Origin: Myxococcota bacterium
GTDB taxonomy: Bacteria; Myxococcota; UBA4151
Reading direction: 5' to 3'
Assembly (NCBI GenBank): GCA_040260805.1
Contig: JBDQPD010000031.1
Coordinates: forward strand, 1 to 34,082
DNA length: 34,082 nucleotides
Of the stretch, positions 11,117 to 18,955 are shown one piece after another (within the stretch, counting starts at the first letter, position 1; every line of letters starts with the position of its first letter). Under the pieces are notes generated by a model that was given only the letters and a program-made list of their open reading frames with translations, was not told where the DNA came from and did no database searches. The translations under genes were made by a program, and so were the position numbers.

Positions 11117-11168
11117 GCCCGTACCGAATTGAATTTTGAGCGACTATTCTGCGCTATTTTTTAAGGTC

Positions 11169-11522
11169 TTAACGTCTGATATTGGTTGGCGTTAACAGAC
11201 CTTTGAGCAAGCGCGGCGCAGTAGACTCTGACAAACTTTGTTGAACGAGTCGGGCGAGATCGTTTGGATCTGCGATCCCGCAAAGGATCGAATCCGAAGC
11301 CCCGATTTGTCCAGCGACCTTCGTGAGCCCGATCGGCTCGCGCCGAACGATGGCATTGGGACCGACAGGGCACATCCCGAGGCAGCCGCCGGTGCTCACC
11401 GCGCAGTCTGGTAAAAGACGAGCGACATCACCGGGCAAAGCGCCCTTGTGCGTTTGGCTGCACGAGGGTCCGTGACACACCAGGATATAGCCCCGCTTGT
11501 CGCCTTGTCCTTGCTGCGGCAT
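11169..11522 (-). CDS. Thioredoxin-like [2Fe-2S] ferredoxin
   Basis: ILVCHGPSC...GCLGMCPVGPN: CX4C and CLGXC pattern of TRX-like ferredoxins. Confidence 0.75.
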   Translation of the reverse strand: MPQQGQGDKRGYILVCHGPSCSQTHKGALPGDVARLLPDCAVSTGGCLGMCPVGPNAIVRREPIGLTKVAGQIGASDSILCGIADPNDLARLVQQSLSESTAPRLLKGLLTPTNIRR

Positions 11523-11626
11523 CGTGCCCCCAACCTGCGGCTATAGCGATGCTATGCCTTACCCTTGGTTATGGTTAGTCCGAAGCAGGATTAAAGGACA
11601 ATGCCGCGCGCTTGAAAGGTAATGAT

Positions 11627-13036
11627 TTGACTGCTGATCCCTTCTTGATCGACGACGCTGCAGCTCAGCGTTTACTCACGGTTGCTTTGAGCCGAGGCGG
11701 CGATGACGCCGATCTATTTTTCGAAGCGACCAGTTCGTTCTCACTTGTTTTTGAGGGCGGTAAAGTTCGCCAGCTGAGTCGCCACATCGATAAGGGTGTA
11801 GGGGTTCGGGTTCTGCGTGGGGATGCGAGCGGCTTTGCGTACACTGAAGAGCTGACCGAGCCCTCGATTAAACACGCGTGTCGGACGGCGGCGTGCATTG
11901 CTGATGGCGAGATCCATGCTGAGGCGCAGGGGGTTAGCTGCCGACCTTTATCGGGTGATCATTATCAGGCTCAAATGCCCTTGGTTGATCAAAGCTTTGC
12001 CGAGCGTATGGATTTGGTGCGACGAGCTGACGCGGCGGCGCGTGCGGCTGATTCTCGAGTCACTCAAGTTGAGGTGATGGTCGCTGAATCGACGCGGCAG
12101 ATTCGCGTCGTTCGTGCGGACGGATTACGGGTCGATGACCACCAGCCGATGTTGCGCTTTTCGATTCAGGTGGTGGTGGATGATGGTCAGCAGCAGCAAC
12201 GAGCGATGGAGAGCGGCGGAGGCCGAAAAGGCGTCGAATACTTCGACGAGGTGAGCCCTGAATTGCATGCTGAGCGCGCGGTTAAGACCGCGTTAACTTT
12301 GCTCGATGCGGTCGCAGCGCCAGCCGGTGAGTATCCGGTGGTCCTCAAGGCGGGTGATTCAGGGATTTTATTGCATGAAGCGGTCGGGCACGGCCTCGAG
12401 GCGGACTTTAATCGCAAAGGAACCAGCACCTACACAGGGCGTATCGGAAAACCGGTCGCTTCTGATCTGTGCACCGTGGTCGATGACCCCACGGTGGCCG
12501 GTGACCGCGGCGCCATCAATGTTGATGACGAGGGCAATGTCCCGAACAAAAGAGTCCTGATTGATTCAGGGCAGCTCGCTGATTACATGCATGATTCGAT
12601 CTCGGCAGCGCACTACGATGCGCAAGCGGGCAGCGGCCGGCGTGAGAGTTTTCGTCACCTGCCGATGCCGAGGATGTCGAACACCTATCTACTCAATGGA
12701 GAAAGCGAGCATGACGAGCTGGTTCAATCGGTGAGCAAGGGAATTTACTGCGTCTCGTTCAGCGGTGGACAGGTCAACATCACCAACGGCGACTTTGTGT
12801 TCTCGACCACCGAAGCCTACTTGATCGAGGATGGAAAGATCACCGCCCCGCTTAAAGACGTGAATTTGATCGGTAATGGGCCGGATGCGCTGAGCAAGGT
12901 GGATATGGTCGCTGATGACTTTGCCTTATCGGATGGCCGATGGACTTGCGGCAAAGACGGACAGAGTGTCCCGGTTGGTGTCGGTATGCCGAGCATCCGC
13001 GTGTCTAAGATGACGATTGGCGGGAGCAACCTATGA
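11627..13036 (+). CDS. tldD: TldD metalloprotease subunit
   Basis: HEAVGHGLEADFNRKGTS, PMPRMSNTY, TCGKDGQSVPVGVG. Start TTG 11627 (AAAGGT upstream) or TTG 11612. Confidence 0.94.
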   Translation: MTADPFLIDDAAAQRLLTVALSRGGDDADLFFEATSSFSLVFEGGKVRQLSRHIDKGVGVRVLRGDASGFAYTEELTEPSIKHACRTAACIADGEIHAEAQGVSCRPLSGDHYQAQMPLVDQSFAERMDLVRRADAAARAADSRVTQVEVMVAESTRQIRVVRADGLRVDDHQPMLRFSIQVVVDDGQQQQRAMESGGGRKGVEYFDEVSPELHAERAVKTALTLLDAVAAPAGEYPVVLKAGDSGILLHEAVGHGLEADFNRKGTSTYTGRIGKPVASDLCTVVDDPTVAGDRGAINVDDEGNVPNKRVLIDSGQLADYMHDSISAAHYDAQAGSGRRESFRHLPMPRMSNTYLLNGESEHDELVQSVSKGIYCVSFSGGQVNITNGDFVFSTTEAYLIEDGKITAPLKDVNLIGNGPDALSKVDMVADDFALSDGRWTCGKDGQSVPVGVGMPSIRVSKMTIGGSNL

Positions 13037-14403
13037 ACCCTGAAGCACGCGAAAGCGCCTTGATGAAAAAGGCTGAGACGATTCTTCAGCAAGCTTTGAG
13101 GCTCGGCGCCGATGACGCCGAAGTGAGCATGAGCTCAGGGCAAGAATTCTCTTGTACGTACCGCGGTGAGTCGCTCGATAAACTCGAAGAAGCTGGCAAC
13201 GAAGGCGTGGGCGTTCGGCTCTTTGTTGACGGTCGCGTCGTCACTGGCTCGAGCAGCGATATGCGACCCGAGGTCCTCGAGGGTTTGATGCGCGATTTAA
13301 TCGACGCTGCCCCGCACGTAGACCCCGATGAACACCACACGCTAGCGCCCGCTGAGGCGCTCGATGGCGAAGCCAAGGACATGGGCATATTTGACCCAGC
13401 GACGGTCGCTGAACAGGCTCCTGTTCGACTCAGCCGAGCGCTCAGCGCCGAGCGCGCAGTGCGCGCTCATGACGCCCGCATTTCAGCGACCGATGGGGCG
13501 AGTTTTGGTGCGGCTTATTCCACCGCCGTGACCGCAGCATCCAACGGCCTTCGTCGTTCGGTTACAGGGGGCTGGCAGAGCCTGGTCGCTGACGCGATCT
13601 GTGATGATTCACAGGGTAAAAAGCGTAACGGCTATTTCTGGTCGACAAGTCGCCGTTTAGTTGACTTGAAACCGGCCGACGAGGTTGGAGCCGAGGCGGC
13701 GCGGCGTGCGCTGGCTCGGATTGGTGCAAGTAAGCCCGCGACGGGACGTTATCCCGTGGTCTTTAGCCGGGAGGCTTCGCCAGCGCTGGTGGGTTTGTTG
13801 GTCAGCTGTGCAACCGCAACGTCGCTTTGGCGGCAGCGAACCTATCTTGCGGACCGGCTCAAGACCTCAATCGCAAGCTCGGCGGTAACTTTGATCGACG
13901 ATCCCTTGCTGCCTGGGCTGCTCGGCTCGTCCGCGGTCGATGGTGAAGGACGCGCCCGGCGCCGTAATGTCTTGGTGCAAGATGGTGAACTCCAGATGTT
14001 CTTGGCTGCTCAGTATGGAGCGAATCGAACCGGGCTTGAGCCGACCGCGAGCGCCTCACGGCCGATGGCTGGTCAGCCTGGTGAGGGCACCACCAATTTA
14101 TACATGTGTGCAGGCGAGCAATCCCCCGAAGAGCTCATCGCGGATATCGACGAAGGGATCTATATTGAGGGAACGATTGGCTTTGGTTTCAACGCGCTAA
14201 CGGGCGATTTTAGTCGCGGCGCTTTTGGCCGAATGATTCGCCAGGGCAAGCTGGCTGAACCGGTCGCTGAGTTTACCGTTTCTGCGAGCTTTGATGATTT
14301 ATTTGGCGGCATTGATGCGGTGGGTAACGATCTGATCTGGGATCGAAAGACTGCCTGTCCGAGCCTGCGTATTCGCTCGATGGCGGTGGGCGGAACCGGC
14401 TGA
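13033..14403 (+). CDS. tldE: TldE/PmbA subunit
   Basis: ATGA overlap with tldD; DDP..PG.LGS...DGEG, TGDFSRGAFG, GKLAEPVAE; lacks HEXXH, as expected for TldE. Confidence 0.9.
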   Translation: MNPEARESALMKKAETILQQALRLGADDAEVSMSSGQEFSCTYRGESLDKLEEAGNEGVGVRLFVDGRVVTGSSSDMRPEVLEGLMRDLIDAAPHVDPDEHHTLAPAEALDGEAKDMGIFDPATVAEQAPVRLSRALSAERAVRAHDARISATDGASFGAAYSTAVTAASNGLRRSVTGGWQSLVADAICDDSQGKKRNGYFWSTSRRLVDLKPADEVGAEAARRALARIGASKPATGRYPVVFSREASPALVGLLVSCATATSLWRQRTYLADRLKTSIASSAVTLIDDPLLPGLLGSSAVDGEGRARRRNVLVQDGELQMFLAAQYGANRTGLEPTASASRPMAGQPGEGTTNLYMCAGEQSPEELIADIDEGIYIEGTIGFGFNALTGDFSRGAFGRMIRQGKLAEPVAEFTVSASFDDLFGGIDAVGNDLIWDRKTACPSLRIRSMAVGGTG

Positions 14404-14405
14404 AT

Positions 14406-17186
14406 CTACGGGATGTGAACGGCGGCTGGGTTGCTGGCGTCACCGACCATGCCCCTGCCGAGCTGTCCTGCGTTGTTCTTACCCCAGCAAAAGACGCGCT
14501 CGTCGATGAGCTGTGCGCAGCTGAAGTGTCGCCCTGTGCCGACCTGCATGGCGGGTAGCGGAAGCGGAACTTGCTCCGAAGGCTCCGAGACTAGCGTTTG
14601 AGCGCCCACCCCAACGGCTCGGTATTGATTTTTGCCCCAGCAATAGACCCTACCCGCTCGATCCAGAGCGCAGGCGTGAAACTCGCCGATGCTCACGTCA
14701 GCGATCTCGTCGAGGTTGCGGACCTCATCCCAGCTGCGCCCACAGTTTTGCACGCATCGTCCGCTGCCGCCACGCCCTAAGCGACCGTAGCCTGCGTGCC
14801 CACGACAACGCACGCGCTCGGTTTCGAGCACTTGGCAGGTTAGATTGGCGCCAACCGCCAGTCGCCGTGAGACGTCGTCATCGATGGAGACGAGCTGATT
14901 TGCGTCGTCAGGGTCATCACTCAGCGCCGCAGCCGAATTATCACCCATGCACGAGGTCCCAGCTGCTGTTTCGATGCATAGATGGGTCAACGAGGCGACC
15001 GCTCGGCGGATCTGGTGCCCTTGAGCTAGCTGCATGAGTTGACTCGAATAGAAGGCTTGATGGTCAAGCGCTCCCGAGCAAAAGAGCTGCTCATCTTTGA
15101 TCAGGCACGAGACGTTCGCTCCTGCGAAAATACCACCGGGGGTGATGTCCCAGTTGTTTTCGTTTGGTGACGAATAGCTGTTACCCAACAAGCGACCGTT
15201 TGCGGTGTCGCCGTGGCATTGAGTCGTCGCGTTGGTGAGCACACAGCTGTGCTTGAGTCCGCCGACCAGCTCATCCGGACGCGCCTCGATATGAATGGGT
15301 TGCTGCGGGTTAGGAAAGTTGGTGCGCGTCGCATTACCGGTCACCTGACCGCTACCGTTAGCGCCCCAGCACCACACCGAGCCCCCTGTGCGCGCACAGG
15401 CATGCTCTAAGCCGACGCTTAACCCTTTAGGGTATTGAAGCGCACATTGAGCACATAGGCCGTTGTCTGCGCCTAGGTCACAGGCCTCGAAATTGGGGTC
15501 ATCAGAAGCTAGCCCGGTCCTTCTAATCCCGTCACCGCACCGAGCGACCTGGCATTGGTTCGTGCACCCGTCATCGTCGATTCGGTTACCGTCGTCGCAA
15601 GCTTCACCTGCTTGAGTCTGTCCGTCCCCGCAGTTTTTTGGGCTACCTCGACGGCGCTCAAGGGCAAAGCGCTGCCCAAAACCGATCGCGCTGCCTGACC
15701 GCGTGCTCATCTCATCGCCTTGCGGGACCACATCATCGATATTTTGGATGACCACGTCGTATTTGGCTAAACCGTCAAAATCGTTGCAGCCCACCTCGAG
15801 CCGAGTGTTCGGGCTGAGCCGCGGGCGATTTGCTAAATCGATAACAATTCCAGCCAGCGCAGTTTGGGTCACTCGGTTGCCGTGGATGTGGAGCTCGTCG
15901 GCATCAAGCGCCACAATTCCAAGACCGGTAGCGGGCGCTCCCGACCCACCAATTTCAGGCGTGATGACTTTGGTGATTTGATTGTGGGCAATTTCGATAG
16001 CGCCTTGAGAGCCGATGATCTCGAGCGCCGAGCCGACGGCACCTTCAATGGTGTTGTTGGTCACGGTCAGCGTACTGTTCGCGCCTAAATCCTGAACAAG
16101 CACCCCACGCTCACCGCTGGCTGAAATCACATTACTCTCAACAGCCCAGGCGCCCTCTAGTCCCGCCAGCAGCACCCCGAAGCTAGCCGTGTTGTCCACC
16201 GCGTTGCGCGCCAAAGCGTTGGCTTCTACGCCGCCTGAGTTCCAGATGAACACGCCCTCTCCACCTAAGGGGCCTAAGAAGTGGTTATCGCCGACGATGA
16301 CGCTCGCGGTGTGGTCAATAAGGCTCATGCCGCTGCCCTGGATCTGCTCGAATCGATTCCCAAAGGCGTGAAACGCTGAAGCGTTGCTTGATGAAAACAC
16401 CCCCTCACCACCCAAAGGCCCAAGGAAGTGATTATCGCCGACGATAATACTCTGTGCGCTCGGCTTGCTTTGGACCACATGGAGTCCATCACCGCTCACG
16501 TCTTCGAAACGGTTGGCGGTGATCTCAACAGCGCCTTCTTGCGCGACGATGAAGACGCCTTCACCACCGAGCGGGCCCAGGAAATGATTGTCACCTACGA
16601 TCACGGATTGCAGCGAATCCAAGCTGAGTCCACGGCCGCTGACCGCTTGGATTTGATTGCGCGTGAACCTGAGGCTGCCGCCGCGTTGTTGCCAGGCGGA
16701 TCCGGCGGTGTTTTTAAAGCTATTTTGGTCTGAGTGAGCGGTTTCTGGTGATTCAAGCCGGACTCCTGCCACCAAATGAAAGCCGGTCAGTCCGATTGTG
16801 CCTCCATCTCCACCGCTGACTTCACCCTCGATGACCGTCGCTTGGCACCGCCCGATCAAGCGCAGGTCGCGCCCGCTCGGGAGCCTGATCGCTTCAAAGT
16901 TTTCACCGTCCAGAATCACTGCATAGCGCTTATCGGCAGCTAAGCCGTCCAGGACAGCGCTGAGCTCCGCTGAGTTGGTGACCGTAAGCACCTCGCCGAC
17001 TCCGCCCGATAGCTCCTTAGCCCAAGGGTGCTCAAGCGGCTGACACGGTTGCTCAGCCGGGGGGCCTGGTACGATGACCCCTGACCACATCGTTCCCGCG
17101 TCTTTAGAACTCGACGTCGGCGTCTCGGCGTCGCCTGAGCACGAGCACAACAAAACCAGAACCAAAGCGCTAGCGAGACTCTTCAT
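14406..17186 (-). CDS. Large lipoprotein: right-handed beta-helix + myxobacterial Cys-rich repeat + RCC1-like propeller
   Basis: Signal peptide with lipobox-like LLCSC; PbH1-like rungs (N.F/I...G.G); CGDG...EACDDGN...DGCTNQC; RCC1 repeats (HACA...VWCWGANGSGQ, VFCWGKNNAGQLG); AAGGAG upstream. Confidence 0.85.
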   Translation of the reverse strand: MKSLASALVLVLLCSCSGDAETPTSSSKDAGTMWSGVIVPGPPAEQPCQPLEHPWAKELSGGVGEVLTVTNSAELSAVLDGLAADKRYAVILDGENFEAIRLPSGRDLRLIGRCQATVIEGEVSGGDGGTIGLTGFHLVAGVRLESPETAHSDQNSFKNTAGSAWQQRGGSLRFTRNQIQAVSGRGLSLDSLQSVIVGDNHFLGPLGGEGVFIVAQEGAVEITANRFEDVSGDGLHVVQSKPSAQSIIVGDNHFLGPLGGEGVFSSSNASAFHAFGNRFEQIQGSGMSLIDHTASVIVGDNHFLGPLGGEGVFIWNSGGVEANALARNAVDNTASFGVLLAGLEGAWAVESNVISASGERGVLVQDLGANSTLTVTNNTIEGAVGSALEIIGSQGAIEIAHNQITKVITPEIGGSGAPATGLGIVALDADELHIHGNRVTQTALAGIVIDLANRPRLSPNTRLEVGCNDFDGLAKYDVVIQNIDDVVPQGDEMSTRSGSAIGFGQRFALERRRGSPKNCGDGQTQAGEACDDGNRIDDDGCTNQCQVARCGDGIRRTGLASDDPNFEACDLGADNGLCAQCALQYPKGLSVGLEHACARTGGSVWCWGANGSGQVTGNATRTNFPNPQQPIHIEARPDELVGGLKHSCVLTNATTQCHGDTANGRLLGNSYSSPNENNWDITPGGIFAGANVSCLIKDEQLFCSGALDHQAFYSSQLMQLAQGHQIRRAVASLTHLCIETAAGTSCMGDNSAAALSDDPDDANQLVSIDDDVSRRLAVGANLTCQVLETERVRCRGHAGYGRLGRGGSGRCVQNCGRSWDEVRNLDEIADVSIGEFHACALDRAGRVYCWGKNQYRAVGVGAQTLVSEPSEQVPLPLPAMQVGTGRHFSCAQLIDERVFCWGKNNAGQLGRGMVGDASNPAAVHIP
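16248..16601 (-). repeat. Three copies of a 51-nt coding repeat (IVGDNHFLGPLGGEGVF)
   Basis: Copies at 16551-16601, 16395-16445 and 16248-16298; identical peptide, only synonymous DNA differences. Confidence 0.95.
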
Positions 17187-17206
17187 AACTAAAATATGCT
17201 CCTTTT

Positions 17207-17893
17207 TTGAGATCTTGCCCAGTAGGCGTAGCCTTTGAATCGTATCCGTATGGCCTCAAGCCGGGGGAGACAGCGCTGATTAGCCAAGTTGGAAAACTGC
17301 TACTCGCTCAAGATGACGCGACAATTCGTCGTGTAGCAAGCAGCTTAAAGCGCGTCTTTGTGGGGGATTCGACCTTCCGTGGGGATGGTTTGCGGCGGAT
17401 TTGGCACCGCGGCGAGAACACCACCGATGTGGTGTCTTGGGTCGACCGCCAAGGGCAGATCATGCGGCAAGAATTCACCTTTGGTGGTCTGGTCGTGCGC
17501 TGGGAGCGTGAGCGAGGCGTCATTTCAGGGGCTGAGCAAGGTGGCGGTGAGCACTCGCTGCCCTCGGCTAAAACCGTCGAGGACTGGGGCTCGAGTGATG
17601 AACTCTTTCACGCCGCATTCGGTCTGTTGTGTAATGTCCATCAGAGCGACTTTTACCTTCGCCACCTGATGCACCGTTTGTCCGAGCATACGGGCGCAGA
17701 GCCACCACCTGATCGTGACACGGTCTCGGGTGAGGTGACCCTAACTCATATTCTCCAGAGTCGATCCCTTGAGCAGCGCTGGGGGGTTGACGACGAGGTT
17801 GAAAACGAGAGCAATTTCGGTCTGTGGATTGCTGTCGCCGTACTTGGAATCACTCTGTTTATTGGAGCATTCTGGTACGTCGTGAGCCACTAA
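17207..17893 (+). CDS. Hypothetical protein with C-terminal transmembrane anchor (start uncertain)
   Basis: 228-aa ORF filling the gap, ending 1 bp before the next ATG; hydrophobic C-terminus FGLWIAVAVLGITLFIGAFWYVV. Confidence 0.7.
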   Translation: MRSCPVGVAFESYPYGLKPGETALISQVGKLLLAQDDATIRRVASSLKRVFVGDSTFRGDGLRRIWHRGENTTDVVSWVDRQGQIMRQEFTFGGLVVRWERERGVISGAEQGGGEHSLPSAKTVEDWGSSDELFHAAFGLLCNVHQSDFYLRHLMHRLSEHTGAEPPPDRDTVSGEVTLTHILQSRSLEQRWGVDDEVENESNFGLWIAVAVLGITLFIGAFWYVVSH

Positions 17894-17894
17894 G

Positions 17895-18836
17895 ATGTGC
17901 CGGCTCTTTGGTTTTCGTAGTGCGGTTAATATTGGCGTTCATCACAGCCTAGTTCTCGCCGAGAACGCGCTGGCTCTTCAGAGCGAGCGCAACCCCGATG
18001 GCTGGGGCATCGGTTTTTATGAGGGCAGCTCACCGATCGTGCGCCGGGGTCTCAACAAGGCGATGGGCGATGGTGACTTCTCGAATTTAGCGCGCTTTGT
18101 CCGCAGCCACGCAGTGGTAGCTCATGTCCGCCTCGGAACCGTCGGTGGTAACACCATCACGAACACGCATCCTTTTACCTTGGGGCGTTGGGTTTTTGCG
18201 CACAACGGGACGCTTCGCGATCTCGAGCTTTATGCTGCGCAACTTTGGGATCAGATCGATCCAGACTTTCAAAGTCTGATTACCGGAGAGACAGATTCTG
18301 AGCGCTGCTTTTACCTGTTTCTAACCGAGCTTCGTAAGCTGGGTTGTCACCCGAGCGACGAGGCGACTGGGCGGGTCGCCTTTGAGGCGATGGCAGCGAC
18401 GGTTCGAACCTTGGTTGGCCTTGCAGAGTCGGCTGGGGCGAACCCTCCGTCGATCAACTTTATAGCGACTGATGGACGATCGATCGCAGCCGTTCGGCTT
18501 GGGCGGGGTTTGTTCTTCTCAACGCAGAAGCGATATTGTGAGAAAATGAACGAATGCTCGCGCTGGCGAGAGGGTGAGGAGCTTCCCTGTATGCATCCGC
18601 TGCGAGCTCAAGAGATTAATCACCTCTTGATTTCGAGTGAGACCATTTCGGCAGAAGACATCTGGGAACCACTTGAGGAGGGTGAGCTCATCGGGGTTGA
18701 CGCTGAATTTCGCTTTGTTCGCCAGCCTGCATTGGCGACGCCCGTTGAAGTCCTCAAAGGTCGTTACGAACCGTTTTATAAAGCGGACGGACAAGACGCT
18801 CGTCATGCTCGAGTGATGGGGATGCCCCGTCGTTGA
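17895..18836 (+). CDS. Class II (Ntn) glutamine amidotransferase-like protein, YafJ/EgtC family
   Basis: N-terminal MCRLFG nucleophile, NPDGWGIGFY, AHVR, NTHPF, FAHNG, GETDSE. Confidence 0.9.
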   Translation: MCRLFGFRSAVNIGVHHSLVLAENALALQSERNPDGWGIGFYEGSSPIVRRGLNKAMGDGDFSNLARFVRSHAVVAHVRLGTVGGNTITNTHPFTLGRWVFAHNGTLRDLELYAAQLWDQIDPDFQSLITGETDSERCFYLFLTELRKLGCHPSDEATGRVAFEAMAATVRTLVGLAESAGANPPSINFIATDGRSIAAVRLGRGLFFSTQKRYCEKMNECSRWREGEELPCMHPLRAQEINHLLISSETISAEDIWEPLEEGELIGVDAEFRFVRQPALATPVEVLKGRYEPFYKADGQDARHARVMGMPRR

Positions 18837-18881
18837 ACATGGAGTGTCTCGGGGCGGTGTTTCGCGGCACTGTAAACTCTG

Positions 18882-18894
18882 TAATACATTGATT
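18882..18894 (-). promoter_or_regulatory. IHF-binding consensus site
   Basis: Minus strand AATCAATGTATTA is an exact match to WATCAANNNNTTR, in an AT-rich patch just upstream of a sigma54 motif. Confidence 0.55.
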
Positions 18895-18911
18895 TAGAGC
18901 TATTTATAACT

Positions 18912-18927
18912 CGGCACAGCCCCTGCA
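18912..18927 (+). promoter_or_regulatory. Sigma54 (-24/-12) promoter candidate for the comM operon
   Basis: CGGCAC-AGCCC-CTGCA with GG(18913-14)-N10-GC(18925-26); GGAGG SD follows at 18942-18946. Confidence 0.6.
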
Positions 18928-18955
18928 TTGTCAGGGGTCGTGGAGGGTTATTTTG

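Noticed and set aside
11601..11615. Tiny upstream ORF MPRA* overlapping the first tldD TTG
   Set aside because: The nearest SD-like AAAGGA is only 2 nt from the ATG, and such 4-codon ORFs arise readily by chance.
16248..16601. CRISPR-like or DGR-like regularly spaced repeats
   Set aside because: The repeats are in-frame, differ only synonymously and lie inside a CDS; no cas or reverse transcriptase gene is present.
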